Positions 51,301-64,000 of a stretch of DNA of 64,000 bases are shown here, piece by piece (position 1 is the first letter of the stretch; each line of letters starts with the position of its first letter). Source of the stretch: Owenia fusiformis (taxonomy: Eukaryota). Under the pieces are notes generated by a model. The model ran no database searches and was not told the origin of the DNA. It saw only the letters and a list, made by a program, of their open reading frames with translations. The position numbers and the translations under genes are program-made. The stretch lies in assembly GCA_903813345.2 (NCBI GenBank), contig CAIIXF020000001.1, positions 42,532,001-42,596,000 of the forward strand. Direction: 5' to 3'.

Positions 51301-53285
51301 GTTACTAAATTTTTATGCAGTATTACCCTCTCCAAATTTTAAATATAAATATTTTTTGTTCTCCCCTAACCCCAATTTTTCAGATGAGTCTATTTCAATG
51401 AAAAAATCACAACCCGTAATCACCTATTAAATGTGACGCTTATTTGTCGATATCGTAATTTCATATGCCACTGCTCAAAATTCAATGCCAAGCTGTATTC
51501 AGCAGTATGACTTTTAGCCAAGCGTACACTTCCCAATCCATCCACACGTCTGGTAACCAGAAGTTGCATTAAATATATCATATCCTTTTCATATTAGAAT
51601 ATTGTTTGAATCTTGATTCTATTCCTTGATTACAATGGTTCGGTAAGTTCTGAAAGTGTCGATGATTTTTAAGAATCGCCTAACATAAATTTTAACAGAC
51701 TTTGATGATTGACCCGAAAGAAGCTTCTGGTTGCCAAGCTTATGGAGGGGAGTGTAAATCTTATCTCAAGCTCACAAGGTCAGAGTATATTGATCCTCGA
51801 TCTAATGATTCCAATTTAACTTTATATCTGATAACATTACATCAATTAACAATGGCATTAATTATGTACGTGCATAATAGCCAATTAATGATTAATCTTG
51901 AATTTTGTTCATCATTGTCGATCTAGAACCATGTATTATACGGTGACGCAACAGGAACAAGTAGATTGCGAAAAGGCTTATAGTAGCGAGATAATCGTTG
52001 ATCTGCTATACGTTCATTGCTTTGATATTATCTTGGGTAAATAGATAAAAGCAGAATCGAAGTTATAATAGCATTAGTCGATAATCAAGGAAATCAAAAT
52101 ACAAAGAAGCAGAAGAATCTGACGAATCTTTAGTGAGGAATTTATGCTTGAATTTACGCCATCCCACTGCGGCGCAGATGCACCTTGGCCCGAACTGTAA
52201 GTACAATTCTTTTTATTGATCATAGATTCATGCACAGATCGAATTCGATAAAATGATATTTGGTGCCCTTATTTTTAAAGTTGGTTTAGTTCTTTAAATG
52301 ACAACTATCTTTATAGTGGCCGGGACAGAACAAGCCATACACCACTCTTTTCCTGATAACTTATTCAATTCTCAATAATTTTTCATGAAATTTTCACTGG
52401 ATAAACTTTAAAGCATCCCTAATATATTCTTTGGTTTAAATCATAATTGATTTTCATTATAATTACAGCTTTTTAAATATGATGACCAACTTCTGTTAAT
52501 GGATCGTTTTGTTAGAAATGGAGGACAATTCCAGCAGTTATTGATTTTGAGTGCTAGCTCATGTACTGGCTTAATTGTATGAATTTTTACTCATGTATCT
52601 CATCTATCTCACATAATTTATTATTATATATTAGTTAAAATGGAATAATAAAATGATATAAATGATGTATAATCAATAAAAGATATGTTGTGCAATCTTA
52701 TGTGTTTCTGCTCCTTACCCCTGACCCTAAAATATTTTAATATCTTGTCCTAATCTCTGTGTGTAGTTGATGAAATGTATCTCATGAACGGAAAGTACAT
52801 ATTGTGGATGCCATAGTAGGTCAGAAGTCAAGAAGCAATCCCTAAAAGCTTTTATAAAACATTACAAATGAGACTTATTCAATCTAAGTTATTTAAACTG
52901 GTGATGTGTCCAAGTAAAACATGGGACAAACAAATTGTCTAACAGCAGCATGACGATGAATATTGTTCCCAAGTATCCGAGGTAGACATAGGCCTAAGTT
53001 GTCGAGTCTAAATTCAATTTGCATTTTAAATAAGTTCAATGCACAGACACTGTGTAAAATAAAACAAATGAGACTTTTTATGTCATATGGTGAAAAGTCA
53101 AATGGAGAAAATATAATTTTGATTGGAATAAAGACGATACCTATTCAAGAAAGTAAAATAAGATATTTTATCATTTTCAAACAAAAGATGCAAAATTGGG
53201 ATCTTGGCAGAAGATGGCCATCATTTTTGACAAGTTGTAATTGTAAAGTACATTGATGATGAGTTAAAGGAAAGATTTGTATGTT

Positions 53286-54974
53286 CACGAGGGGAAAGAG
53301 TACCCGTGTATATACAACCTACCGCCGAGCAAGACACGCACATACCGCCGAGCAAATGTTTGATAATGTCATCTCGTAGGAAAATGGACAATAAAGGTAA
53401 TATAATGTCACTAACAATTCCTTTGGATGGTTAGAGTTGTTACTAAGATGTTCTAGCAGGCGCAATTGGCCTAGAATTATAGTTGAAATATATTTTTATG
53501 TCCAAATTAAGAGATAAGGTAAACGTATAATGGTTTTCGATTTGTTTTTCTCATTCATAATCGCTTTAATTGATAATGAGCCATACATAATACATACTTG
53601 GGTCAGTAAATGGATGTGCATATGCATAATATATTAAGTGTCAAAATATTAGGTCAAAATAGCACTTTTGAACAGCAAAATCTTCACTTAAACTTTGTCC
53701 TAAAAGATCCGAGGTTATCGGACATCGGACCCGATGTGATCGACGAGTAATATTATAAAGATCCGAAAATATCTTGAGTAAAGGATCTCAGAATCCGAAC
53801 ATTACTTGAGTAAAATCTGTTGAGATCCGATTATATCGTCGAGTTTATGACGTGCTGATGAAAAAATAATAAACATACAATCTGCATCATTCATGTGAAT
53901 CATTTTGTTGTGAACAATAAATGAAACTGAAAAAAATATGGCTATCACCAGTTACCACTGCACATCGAAACATTGTATTTCAGGTCCTCGGTACAAATGC
54001 TTCCACTGTAGTTATAAATCACACGAGATGGATGACTTTGTGGTCCACTTCAGTCAGCACCATCCATTACTGAGTATCAAAGTTAATGTGCCTGAGTTAA
54101 ATGGCCAAAAAATGGATTTACAATGTTTTTGACTATGGTATTGTATTATCAAAGAAAGATCACGGTAATTTTCGTTTCGAGGATATGAAGCTTGTGAAGC
54201 TTGGGATTCTTCAAGTTGTGTTCTTTGAGTAGAATGGCGCTTGCAATGCAGAATTAAATGTTTTTGGGTTGCACTCTTACCATAGACACATAGGAAATTA
54301 TGGTGATTCAAGTGTAAGCATGAATTCAATGTTTTAAAGAACACTGCCGGAAACAGACGTTGACGTATAGTGCTGCGGGAATTATATCATATTATATTAT
54401 ATCCCGGTGCCAGGAGTATATGATAAATAAAAAGGAATATTTGTGATATCGTCATGATATTATATGCTCATTCGAAAGCTTACTCACTACCTCATCGGGT
54501 TCTACTCACGGTATAGTCGGAATAGCTCGGTGGTAGCTTCGGGTCCTATATAACCGTACTCGTGACATAATCGGGTCTTTCATTTTCAACTTTCACCGGT
54601 GATTTCAATGATATGCAACGTATGGCAGTGAAATAAATATGATACATTTACACCTATTGTATCTTTGAATCGAATGAAGTAAAGACAGCCATGATTGTTA
54701 CTTATTCAAGATGTAAATCATCATTCAAATATTTAAAAGTTGAATTTAGCGATTGGATAGTAAACATTGCGCTAAGTACTCATTATTTTGCAAACATGAG
54801 TGCATGGGACAATAACTTTATCAGTTACACACAATTCTGTGTTTTATCTGTTTCTCATATTGAGAAATTCAAGATATAAACAAAAGTTTATAACTCACCC
54901 CCTACATTTTCAGACATCTTCGGGTCTTTGCTCGGCGGTAGGTTGTATATACACGGGTACTCTTTCCCCTCGTG
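53286..54974. mobile_element. 1.69-kb non-autonomous DNA transposon with CAC termini, 47-bp perfect TIR and 5-bp TSD (Transib/RAG-like candidate)
   Basis: TIR CACGAGGGGAAAGAGTACCCGTGTATATACAACCTACCGCCGAGCAA at 53286-53332 and inverted at 54928-54974; ATGTT duplicated at 53281-53285 and 54975-54979. Confidence 0.85.
53938..54132 (+). pseudogene. C2H2 zinc-finger-like ORF remnant inside the CAC-TIR element
   Basis: YKCFHCSYKSHEMDDFVVHFSQHH fits C-x2-C-x12-H-x3/4-H; the ORF stops after 64 aa. Confidence 0.45.
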
Positions 54975-56377
54975 ATGTTATGCTTCAAAGTTTATCAAGT
55001 GAAAATTTCATGAAAAATTATTGAGAAAAAAGAGGTGTGTCCCTTGTTCTGTCCCGGCTACTTGTTACCAAAATCCTAGCTGGGTAACAACAATATTAGT
55101 TGGGACTTTTATCTCTCCTTTGAGTACTCTAGTTAGTAGATAAACAAGTGATGTTGTATTTCTGTTAATTATGGATGTAGCCAAGTATTGGGCTGGCGAG
55201 TCAACTACCTAAAAATGTTACAAAAAAATATTGAACTAGTTTCTCAATTGAAGTAAAAATAGGAATTGAGTCCAAAAATAGATATATAGGCTCTGATCTG
55301 CCAACATCGGTTATTTAGTCCCTTTCATGCCAAATTATCCCTCCGCAAGCTCCAGCCCCAGCTGTGGAAGTCTTTAGACAGTGGACAGTCATCAGACACT
55401 GCAATACAGCAGCACTGCAGTACCAATTGGCTGAAAATTTTGAAACTGGTTCACCTATGGTAGAGCCTATGGTAAGACATTTATATTTTATATTAGAATC
55501 GATTCCATATTCTACACATTCTTAGCTTTAAAATGATATCAAATTCGCTCTGCTCTACCATGGGTGAAGCAGTTTCAGTTTGCAACGAAAAAACTGAAAA
55601 AGTAGGAAGAAATGCAACATTTCATATACCTCCAATTTTTTCATTTTTCACATCCTGTGTTATTTCAATGGGAGAGGTTTCTTAAAAAATGAGTTTGACT
55701 TTGGTGACCTATAACTTTTTTTAACCTGAAGAAACACATCGGTTTTGTGTTAGATAAAGTGATCAATTTCAATTGTTTACTTAACTAGTATTTTTAGAGA
55801 ATTCGGATGGATGGATATTACAGGATATGACTTGCGCCATGCCTAACATTTCCTATTGGTTTACATGGGAATGGCGATTTTCAAAAGTCCATCATATTTG
55901 TGTAAATTTGTGTCAAGAGAAACATTAGAAAATTTGGAGGTAAAGGAAATAAAATCAAATTACATCTCACCTTGTATTATTTTTTTTTTATTTTTGTTTT
56001 CTTTCTGTCACCACTTCTGGTGGTGACTTAATAACAAATACTGAATGTAAATCTTTATACATGTATAATAAAAAGAATTGCAAAACTTAACAAAAAATTG
56101 AAATGAAAAGCGTAAAATTAAGCAAGACCTAAACATCAAGCACAAAACATGAAATGTAACTATTCTTACATCATAAGAGTGACCCCAAAATACACTTTAT
56201 ATGGTAAATATTAATTCAACATACGTAACTTGACAACGATACATGATTTTACTTAAAGTGTTATTGGAATACATTTTTATTTCAATTTGATTTATGTATT
56301 GTTTTCGACCCTGTAATGTTTATATTCAAATCTGGGCCAGTCAGGCGAAATATATTAATCGCGTCGTGTATGTATAT

Positions 56378-56985
56378 TTATCGTATGATCTGTAAAATGA
56401 AGCCACAGTTCTTGTGCTGTACGAATCTGTATTGCTACTGAGATTGTCCCCGTTGATCATCTCCGTCGCAATACAGAAAATATTGGTACGGAGGGGACAA
56501 TCTCAGTACCATTACAGATGGTCACACAATAAAAACGTTATTGAATGATTTGAAGTGCAATACAGGATATATTCTGTCTCGATATTCTGTATTGACACTC
56601 AACTTAGTCTCGTTCCAATAATTCTCGAACAGAATATATTCTGTATTGCACTTCAAATCATTCAATAACTTATATTATCGTATGATCTGTAAAATGAAGC
56701 CTTCTGATTGGTCAGTTCTTGTGCTGTACCAATCTGTATTGCTACTGAGATTGTCCCCGTTGATCATCTCCGTCGCAATACAGAAAATATTGGTACAGAG
56801 GGGACAATCTCAGTAGCAATACAGAGGATGACACGATAAAAACGTTATTGAATGATTTGAAGTGCAATACAGGATATATTCTGTCTCGATATTCTGTATT
56901 GGCACTCGACTTTATCTCGTTCCAATACGGAATTTCTCGAGCAGAATATATCCTGTATTGCACTTCAAATCATTCAATAACTTAT
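56378..56985. mobile_element. Head-to-tail dimer of the same double-hairpin element
   Basis: Copies at about 56378-56672 and 56675-56985, joined by ...AATAACTTATATTATCGTATG... Confidence 0.8.
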
Positions 56986-58616
56986 AGTATGGTACATTCA
57001 TAATCATATTTGAGGTATGACTTCATGAAATTGAGTTTTATAGGAGCCGAATTGATAATGTTTGAGTAATTTTAAGTTGGACACTGCCATTTGTGTGTAT
57101 TATTTAAACAACTATATTATATGAACTGGTCTGGTGTATCTATATCTGAAATGAAATATGAAATGATAATGAAAATACATAAATCTAGTGACGAAATTTT
57201 TTTAACTCTATGAATAAATGATTTGGTAGATTCATTTGGGACTTACCTAGAGTGTCACAGGTATAAACGTGTTAATACAAATCATAAAAAAAATCATTCT
57301 CCTTGCTTTTCGATACATGTTGTGTACTGATTTTTTCTAATGGTACACAAAAACAATGTGACATATAGCTATCATGCAGAATATATATAACTCTGTAGAC
57401 AACTAACAGCTCGCTTTGCGAACGGAGTATGAGCTTAAATTATAGAACGATGTATTGGATACAGAATAGATAATTGTGCAAATGGGTCTTAATAACGACT
57501 ATAGAACATGACTATACGATTAGACTAGATTATTAATAGTCTAGAAACGTGACCGTGAATTATTTACTTACAGATTTACTATAGGAGTAGAATACGTCGA
57601 CCTTATCACTTCTGTTGACATGGATTTATTGAATGCGTGTCTAGAATGTTCTAATTGTTTAAAAGCACAATCATTCAATAAGCGGATGGGGTGATTTTAG
57701 TTAACGTGTGTTACGTGTGTTCAGTGATTAATTCAGATTGAAAATTATTGTGATTACAAAATCCGTCATATCATTTCAAACTGTAAATAATTTATCTATT
57801 TATTCAGGCATCAATTCCAAAATTATAGAATTACATATAGGATGACACAAAAATACAATTAATGATTTATTTTTGGAATTACGTTAAATATCATGGACCC
57901 TTAATAAATTTCCATTTGTAGAGTAGATAGAGTGCCCAATACGAAAAATAATGTGCACTAACATGTTCATGGATACAATGTGTGTTTATAATTGTATTGT
58001 AGAACACTCCTACAGTACACTGCAAAACTCAGTATTTTGTTTAATCTAGTGGGTAGACCAAATATAGGTTTTTCCATCCTTTATGAATATATCTAAGATT
58101 TACGCAGTGGTGTCATAAAGGTATCATACTTTTTAATTATACCAATGTATCGCTGTAAAATATAATTACTGTATCCATAAAACTATCTTGCGAGACTTGA
58201 AATGGAATGTTCTAATTGGGTTAAGGGCCCCCTTAAGGTCAAAGTCTCGTCAATTACCCGGATATAGAGCAAATCCTAAATTAACGTGTTTTTCTCGAAA
58301 GATCTCGTTCCATTTATGAATGAGTTAGCTCGGATGGGAAGGTGATTTAGAATTTTTAACCATTATTGTACTGAGCTGAAATACAATGAAATCTTAGTAC
58401 TGTTATACTGTTAATGAGGTAAGCTTGTTATCCAGAACTCTCATAATTATGGGAAATACATTATATCTTGGACGATTCCGGAAAAGCACCATAAAAATGT
58501 ATCTACCAGACCTCATTGTGAGTTTATTTCTTGATCTGGAACAACTTTTATGACTATGAATTATTATGGTGTAAACTATCTAAGAACTATTATTCTTGAT
58601 AGTAAATGGCAATCAG

Positions 58617-58726
58617 TAGTCTAGCTACAAGCCCTTGTGACCCCCCCCCCCCCCGCCACAACAACTGTATGAGAAGGTGTGTAGTCAAGTAGAGAAGGTG
58701 TGGTCACAAAGGATTGTAGTAGACTA
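58617..58726. mobile_element. 110-bp MITE with TAG...CTA termini and probable 9-bp TSD (Academ-like)
   Basis: TAGTCTAGCTACAAGCCCTTGTGACC versus inverted GGTCACAAAGGATTGTAGTAGACTA; flanks GGCAATCAG / GACAATCAA (7/9). Confidence 0.6.
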
Positions 58727-60839
58727 GACAATCAACTTACATTTCAGTTATATAAGTTAGTCTATATTAAATGTAATTGAAACTCCACTCATTTTATGTC
58801 AATCAAATTTTATTCTATTATCTTTATGTCTTGACATATAGTGTTCTGTACAGTCTACGAGCTCATTACTTTTCTAAACTGGGCAATACTTACTTGAGTG
58901 ACACTATGTGTTTTAAGAAAGCGCCTTCAAGGTTTAACCCTAGATTTCTAGTGTAAACGTGATTGGCGTTAGAAAGGTCCTTTTATAAACCACCTAGACC
59001 TTTTGTCACAAAAATGTTTATAGATTTCAAATTTCAACTAAACATTTGGCCCGTATGCACTGCGTAGGTTCTGGGTTCGAAATATGGCTATGCCTAAGAA
59101 ATATCTACTGTAAATGCTTGGATAATAACAAAGCAATTTCCTCGCTTATGAAACGAAAATGGTTTCTCAAAGAAACGAAGACAGTATATACACTGTAGGC
59201 GTCTGAAGCATGAAACGAAGACATCACATAAACGGTATCGAAGAGTCAAAAATAGAGTTGCATCCCTCCAAAAACATCTATAATGTGCCTCCAAGTGCAA
59301 ATGTGACCCTCCATAGAGATATTCCGTTGATATATTATGCATTAGTGAAAACGAAAGTCTTCGTTGCAAATAAAACATGTCTTCGTATCGTTTGATGCCC
59401 AATAAAAGCACCTTAGCACGCCCGGTGATCGTGAAAATGGGACGGAGGGGGGAGCAAGCAATTTCTGGTAGAAAAAAGAACAAATCTGCAAAAATTATTT
59501 TTTCAAGAATAAGGTTTATGATTTAATTGCTAAACGAATAGGCGCACGGTATGGCAAAATATGTCACGTATTCTACGATTTTTTTAGCCGATTCTCTTCT
59601 TAGGTATAAGATCTATTAAAAAAGGCGCAACGCCACCAACGTGCAAAAGTCAATGTACCTTACATACCTTATTTTCATTCACACACGCATGTGTTGTATC
59701 AAGTGTCACACAAAGAGTTGGCACTAACTCCAATCACTTTACAAGAATCCAAAAGCAATGTTGAAATGTCACAGAATAGAATAGAATAGCATAGAATACT
59801 GAAAGAATTACACATGGATCAAAGTAAATTTCGAACGAACGTGTCGATTTTACACACGCATTGAGTTCAAACTCGCTTAGGATGGTTCCTGCTCACATAG
59901 GCTCTCACAAACAAGATGCACTTCACATAGGGTGGGAGATTTGAAGTCACGTAATATTTATATCCTGGTTTCTACAATATGGCGCCCTCCGTTGAAATTA
60001 AAAATATATAATTTAGCTTAATTTGGGCACCTTGCTCGTAGTAATCATTTATAAAAAGTATACAATGTGGCCATTTATTGAGAAACTACAAACTAGATCT
60101 TTTTATCTTTTTGCCGCGCTGATGTGTTATTTCGTTCAGTGCAAAAGTAACGCGAGATTTAGAAAAAAATCTCGAACATCTCTAGAAAGCAATTTATGAT
60201 ACATCAAGGTGTGTGATCGGTACATCAAGGTGTGTGATCGGCGCATCATGGTCTGTGAAGGGAAAAACTTTGTACGAGTCGCATAAGATACGACGTCAGA
60301 TACTGTACATCACGGCGTAACCAGTAGGACGGCACATTGAAAAAACCCATTGTTGTTTACCAAACTTTATATCAAAGTGGTGTAGCGATATATGACGTCA
60401 TCGCACTACTTGTTTCTGGTCCGTTGGCTACCATCTTTATGAGGTCCAATGAAACGGGAAACATTTAAACATTTGAAAATGAAAGTGACGGATAGAATTC
60501 TACTGATCTCTTCTTTCCAACTATCTCGTTTTAATGTTAGAAAAATGCACATTAATGGGAGTAAAATGCAATCAAACACGTGGGACTTTCACTCATTTTG
60601 TACCCTATATTCGTGCGAAATTAACATTGATTAAACATAATTTTTTTAAATGTCTGAATCGCTTAAAAGTTAAAGTAAATACGATATTCTATAAGTACCA
60701 AATATCAATCAGTTCCGATAAAATGCCTTCATTTGTTACATTTTCTACGAAAACGGCTGGGCATAATTTCGGTAGAAATGTGTATTTTACGACGTTATAT
60801 GCATGGTTGAATCCAAAAAGTAGCGTCATTCAGGAAATT

Positions 60840-62422
60840 ATCATGTGTGCGTAAAATCATGTGGATATTTCATTTTGAGTAACTGAATTATCAAATTGAC
60901 ATATATATTGTCTTTGGAACATCACCTTTACACAGAATTATTTTCATAATGATTGCTCGATTTGCTCCATGATGAAATGCAATTTTAGACCTGGAGCTGA
61001 CTCGTATCAAAAAGTATTTAGCAATGAGTTCAGGCTCACTGATTTTAAAGATAGATAAAATGAACGAAAGGGGAAAGGTTATGTGTGCCTAAAAGCATGT
61101 GGATATTTAACCTTCAATAAATGAATTACAATTTTGATGTTTATATAATCTGAAGAACATCAGTCACCTTTACACATAATTATTTTATGATAATTGTTCG
61201 ATTTCTTTCATGATAAACTGCAATTTTAGACCTGACACGTATTAAAGAAGTGTCGGACAATGTATTTAGGCCTACTGATTTTGAGGATAAATAAAATGAG
61301 CAAAAGAAGAAAAGGTCACGTGTGCGCAAAAGCGTGTCAGTATTTGGATTTGAAGAAATGAATTAAAGTTTTGACATTAATATTATTTGTGAAGCATCAC
61401 CTTAACATAGAATTATTTTCATAATTTTTGCTTGATTCCTTCCATGAGAAAATGCAATTATAGACCTGGCACGCGTATCAAAGAAGTATTTGGCAATTTC
61501 GTCCAGTCTCATATTGGTTTTCAAGGTAAATGAAATAAGCAAAACTGAAAAAGGTCATGTGTGCGTAAATGCGTGTCGGTATTTAATTTTGAAGAAATGA
61601 ATTCATTTTTTGACATAAATATTATTTGTGAAGCATCACCTTAACATAGAATTATTTTTATAATTTTTGCTTGATTCCTTCCATGAGAAAATGCAATTAT
61701 AGACCTGGCACGCGTATCAAAGAAGTATTTGGCAATTTCGTCCAGTCTCATATTGGTTTTCAAGGTAAATGAAATAAGCAAAACTGGAAAAGGTCATGTG
61801 TGCGTAAATGCGTGTCAGTATTTGGATTTGAAGAAATGAATTAAAGTTTTGACATTAATATTATTTGTGAAGCATCACCTTAACATAGAATTATTTTTAT
61901 AATTTTTGCTTGATTCCTTCCATGAGAAAATGCAATTATAGACCTGGCACGCGTATCAAAGAAGTATTTGGCAATTTCGTCCAGTCTCATATTGGTTTTC
62001 AAGGTAAATGAAATAAGCAAAACTGGAAAAGGTCATGTGTGCGTAAATGCGTGTCAGTATTTAATTTTGAAGAAATGAATTAATTTTTTGACATAAATAT
62101 TATTTGTGAAGCATCACCTTGACATATAATTATTTTTATAATTTTTGCTTGATTCCTTCCATGAGAAAATGCAATTATAGAACTGGCACGCGTATCAAAG
62201 AAGTATTTGGCAATTGCATCCAGTCTAATTGATTTTCAAGGTAGATGAAATAAGAAAAACTGGAAAAGGTCATGTGTGCGTAAATGCGTGTCAGTATTTA
62301 ATTTTGAAGAAATGAATTCATTTTTTGACATTAATATTATTTGTGAAGCATCACATTAACATAGAATTATTTTTATAATTTTTGCTTGATTCCTTCCATG
62401 AGAAAATGCAATTATAGACCTG
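60840..62422. repeat. ~239-bp tandem repeat, about 6.5 copies
   Basis: The anchor (AAGG)TCATGTGTGCGTAAA recurs near 60841, 61077, 61314, 61552, 61791, 62030 and 62267. Confidence 0.92.
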
Positions 62423-64000
62423 AGACCTTATTCACAAAGCATCGCAATTTTTAGCGATTGCTATTGCTATGCGATAGCGATATAGCAATAGCAATGACGT
62501 TTTGCGCGGTATTCACAAAAGCGCGCTAAAGCAATAGCAAAGCAATCGCTATCGCAAACACGTAGCAAACATATCGCAATTATAAATAAATACAATTTTA
62601 TTAATTAGCACAGTAACTCGCACCTTGTAATTAGCTTGGGCTATTAGGCTACGCCAAATACGCTAAGGCGTTTCAAATGAATGTCATTATAAAATAAAAA
62701 CGTGTAAGTAATTTGAAAGTTGTTTTGTTTGCTTGTTTAAAATACATTAATTGATTAAATATTAATAGTAGGCCAAGTGCTGCTAGCAATCTTGTCACCC
62801 CTCCAGCTCAGAGTCTGCCTTTAATGGAACTAGGGTGGAATCAAGACCCAAATAGGCCTAGTCTAGTCAATTATGTAAGTCACTATATGGTGCCATTAAA
62901 CAATTAAAAATGAATGGCGCGTTTTAAAGAAGCCTCTGATCCCGGGCCTAGGCCTATAATACTCCGACGCCGTATTCAATAGCTTTTACTCCTAGCGTTT
63001 TTGAACTTCGAGAGTACGCAAATGATTGCATGGAGTAGGTAATTTCAAACATTGGGAAGTTTTCCGTGTTTTACGCAATATACCATGTTCCATAAATGCG
63101 GACAAATCCGTGATTTTTTTCTAATTGAGAGGAGAAATATGATCCCTAACACGTAGAAACGTATTTTCCATTCTGTGATTGAAGTGTTTAATAATCAAAG
63201 TTGTGTATGGGTACTCATCAAATAAAATAAAACGACAATCATAGGCTATATCATACTGCCATATACAATGTAGGCGTATCTTGAAATACTTAGGCTAAAT
63301 GCATGTGCAGTTGCACTCAAGTTGTGCACGTAGTCATGCACCTTGACTTTGTGCGTGAATTTGCAGCGTGTCACTTTGCAGCGCAAGGTCAACAATTACG
63401 TCATTGCTGCAAAGTGACACGTTGCAAAGTAATATGCTGCAACCAAAATGCAATGTACATTCGTCTTAATGCATTATCATTCATAATAGATTATCATTAT
63501 TATTAAATATGAATATTATAGAAGACACCATTTGAAACCATAGGCCTAATTTGTACCACATGATAGTCGGACTATAATTAATCCTAAGCTATATAGTAGG
63601 CTAAATGGTTGCAAGAAGACCAATCCTTTGTGCATGAGGGCCTTGGATTGCCTTCGATTTTCCCGGGCATATTTCAAAACCGGTTCACCCGGGGCTCGCG
63701 CTTTCTTTATATAAATGCTGATGGCCATACGTTTTTGTGTATATGCATTATTTGTCAATCATGGCAACACCTACAAGATCTCGCTACTCCGAGGAACAAC
63801 TGGACATGCTCGTGTCACTAGTTGAAAAAAGTTGGGATGTATTAGATGGCCCCCTTGGAGTCACTCCACTACACACCTCGGCAAATAGGGACAAAATTTG
63901 GTCAAACATAGCTAATAAAGTGAGCGCGGTAGGGCCATCACCATGGTCGGCAGAAAAGATTCAGGTAGGCTCAAAGGACTCGTTAGAGCTCTTCGAATCA
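62423..64000 (+). mobile_element. Left part of a PIF/Harbinger DNA transposon
   Basis: Begins abruptly after the host CTG of the satellite with AGACCTTATTCACAAAG; the motif is repeated subterminally (GTATTCACAAAA at 62509) with GCTATTGCTA/TAGCAATAGC-type repeats; a Myb/SANT exon follows. The other end is outside the window. Confidence 0.7.
63761..63964 (+). CDS. Myb/SANT-like DNA-binding protein (Harbinger second-ORF / NAIF1-MSANTD type), first exon
   Basis: MATPTRSRYSEEQLDMLVSLVEKSWDVLDGPLGVTPLHTSANRDKIWSNIANKVSAVGPSPWSAEKIQ, then a donor CAG|GTAGGC. It matches the R-(F/Y)S-E-L-LV...KIW-IA-V-AVG pattern of this domain. It is missing from the ORF track because the frame has no stop in the window. 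Confidence 0.8.

Larger units (their letters stand above)
52314..55064. mobile_element. Older Tc1/mariner-like MITE with long TIRs, interrupted by the CAC-TIR element
   Basis: AGTGGCCGGGACAGAACAAG...TCTCAATAATTTTTCATGAAATTTTCACTGGATAAACTTT (52315-52409) is inverted at 54986-55062. Confidence 0.7.

Noticed and set aside
55400..56031. Possible degenerate HINE-like element ending in the hairpin GTCACCAC-TTCTG-GTGGTGAC-TTAAT
   Set aside because: Only one terminus is recognisable; the matching subTIR and CTAGT end were not found.
59094..59483. Overlapping 129-aa and 61-aa ORFs
   Set aside because: No recognisable homology or exon structure.

Overview
AT-rich, intron-containing eukaryotic DNA; the repeat types suggest an invertebrate animal, possibly marine (inference). 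Host genes: (i) a complete 10-exon OATP/SLCO4-type organic anion transporter on the minus strand (ATG 17668 to stop 5392; 2229 nt, 742 aa, all introns GT-AG and in phase); (ii) the 3' part of an unidentified cysteine-rich protein gene on the plus strand (exons about 1106-4098), convergent with it. The dominant feature is a 22.2-kb, almost invariant array (23171-45386) of two modules: 13 copies of a 458-bp unit A with imperfect terminal inverted repeats and 27 copies of a 595-bp unit B, always joined by TATTA. It starts and ends exactly on A, and its B-B junctions look like clean empty sites. This fits an amplified composite-type DNA transposon (long direct repeat / internal region, KolobokP-like) turning into a satellite. 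Also present: a nested trimer of Helentron/HINE-like elements in SLCO intron 2; a 1.7-kb element with CAC termini and a 5-bp TSD (Transib/RAG-like candidate) carrying a C2H2 finger remnant; tiny MITEs with 9-bp TSDs; Crypton-like double-hairpin elements; Tc1-like MITEs; a ~239-bp satellite; and the start of a PIF/Harbinger element with an open Myb/SANT exon at the right edge. No rRNA, tRNA or CRISPR was recognised. All calls were made by eye, without database searches.
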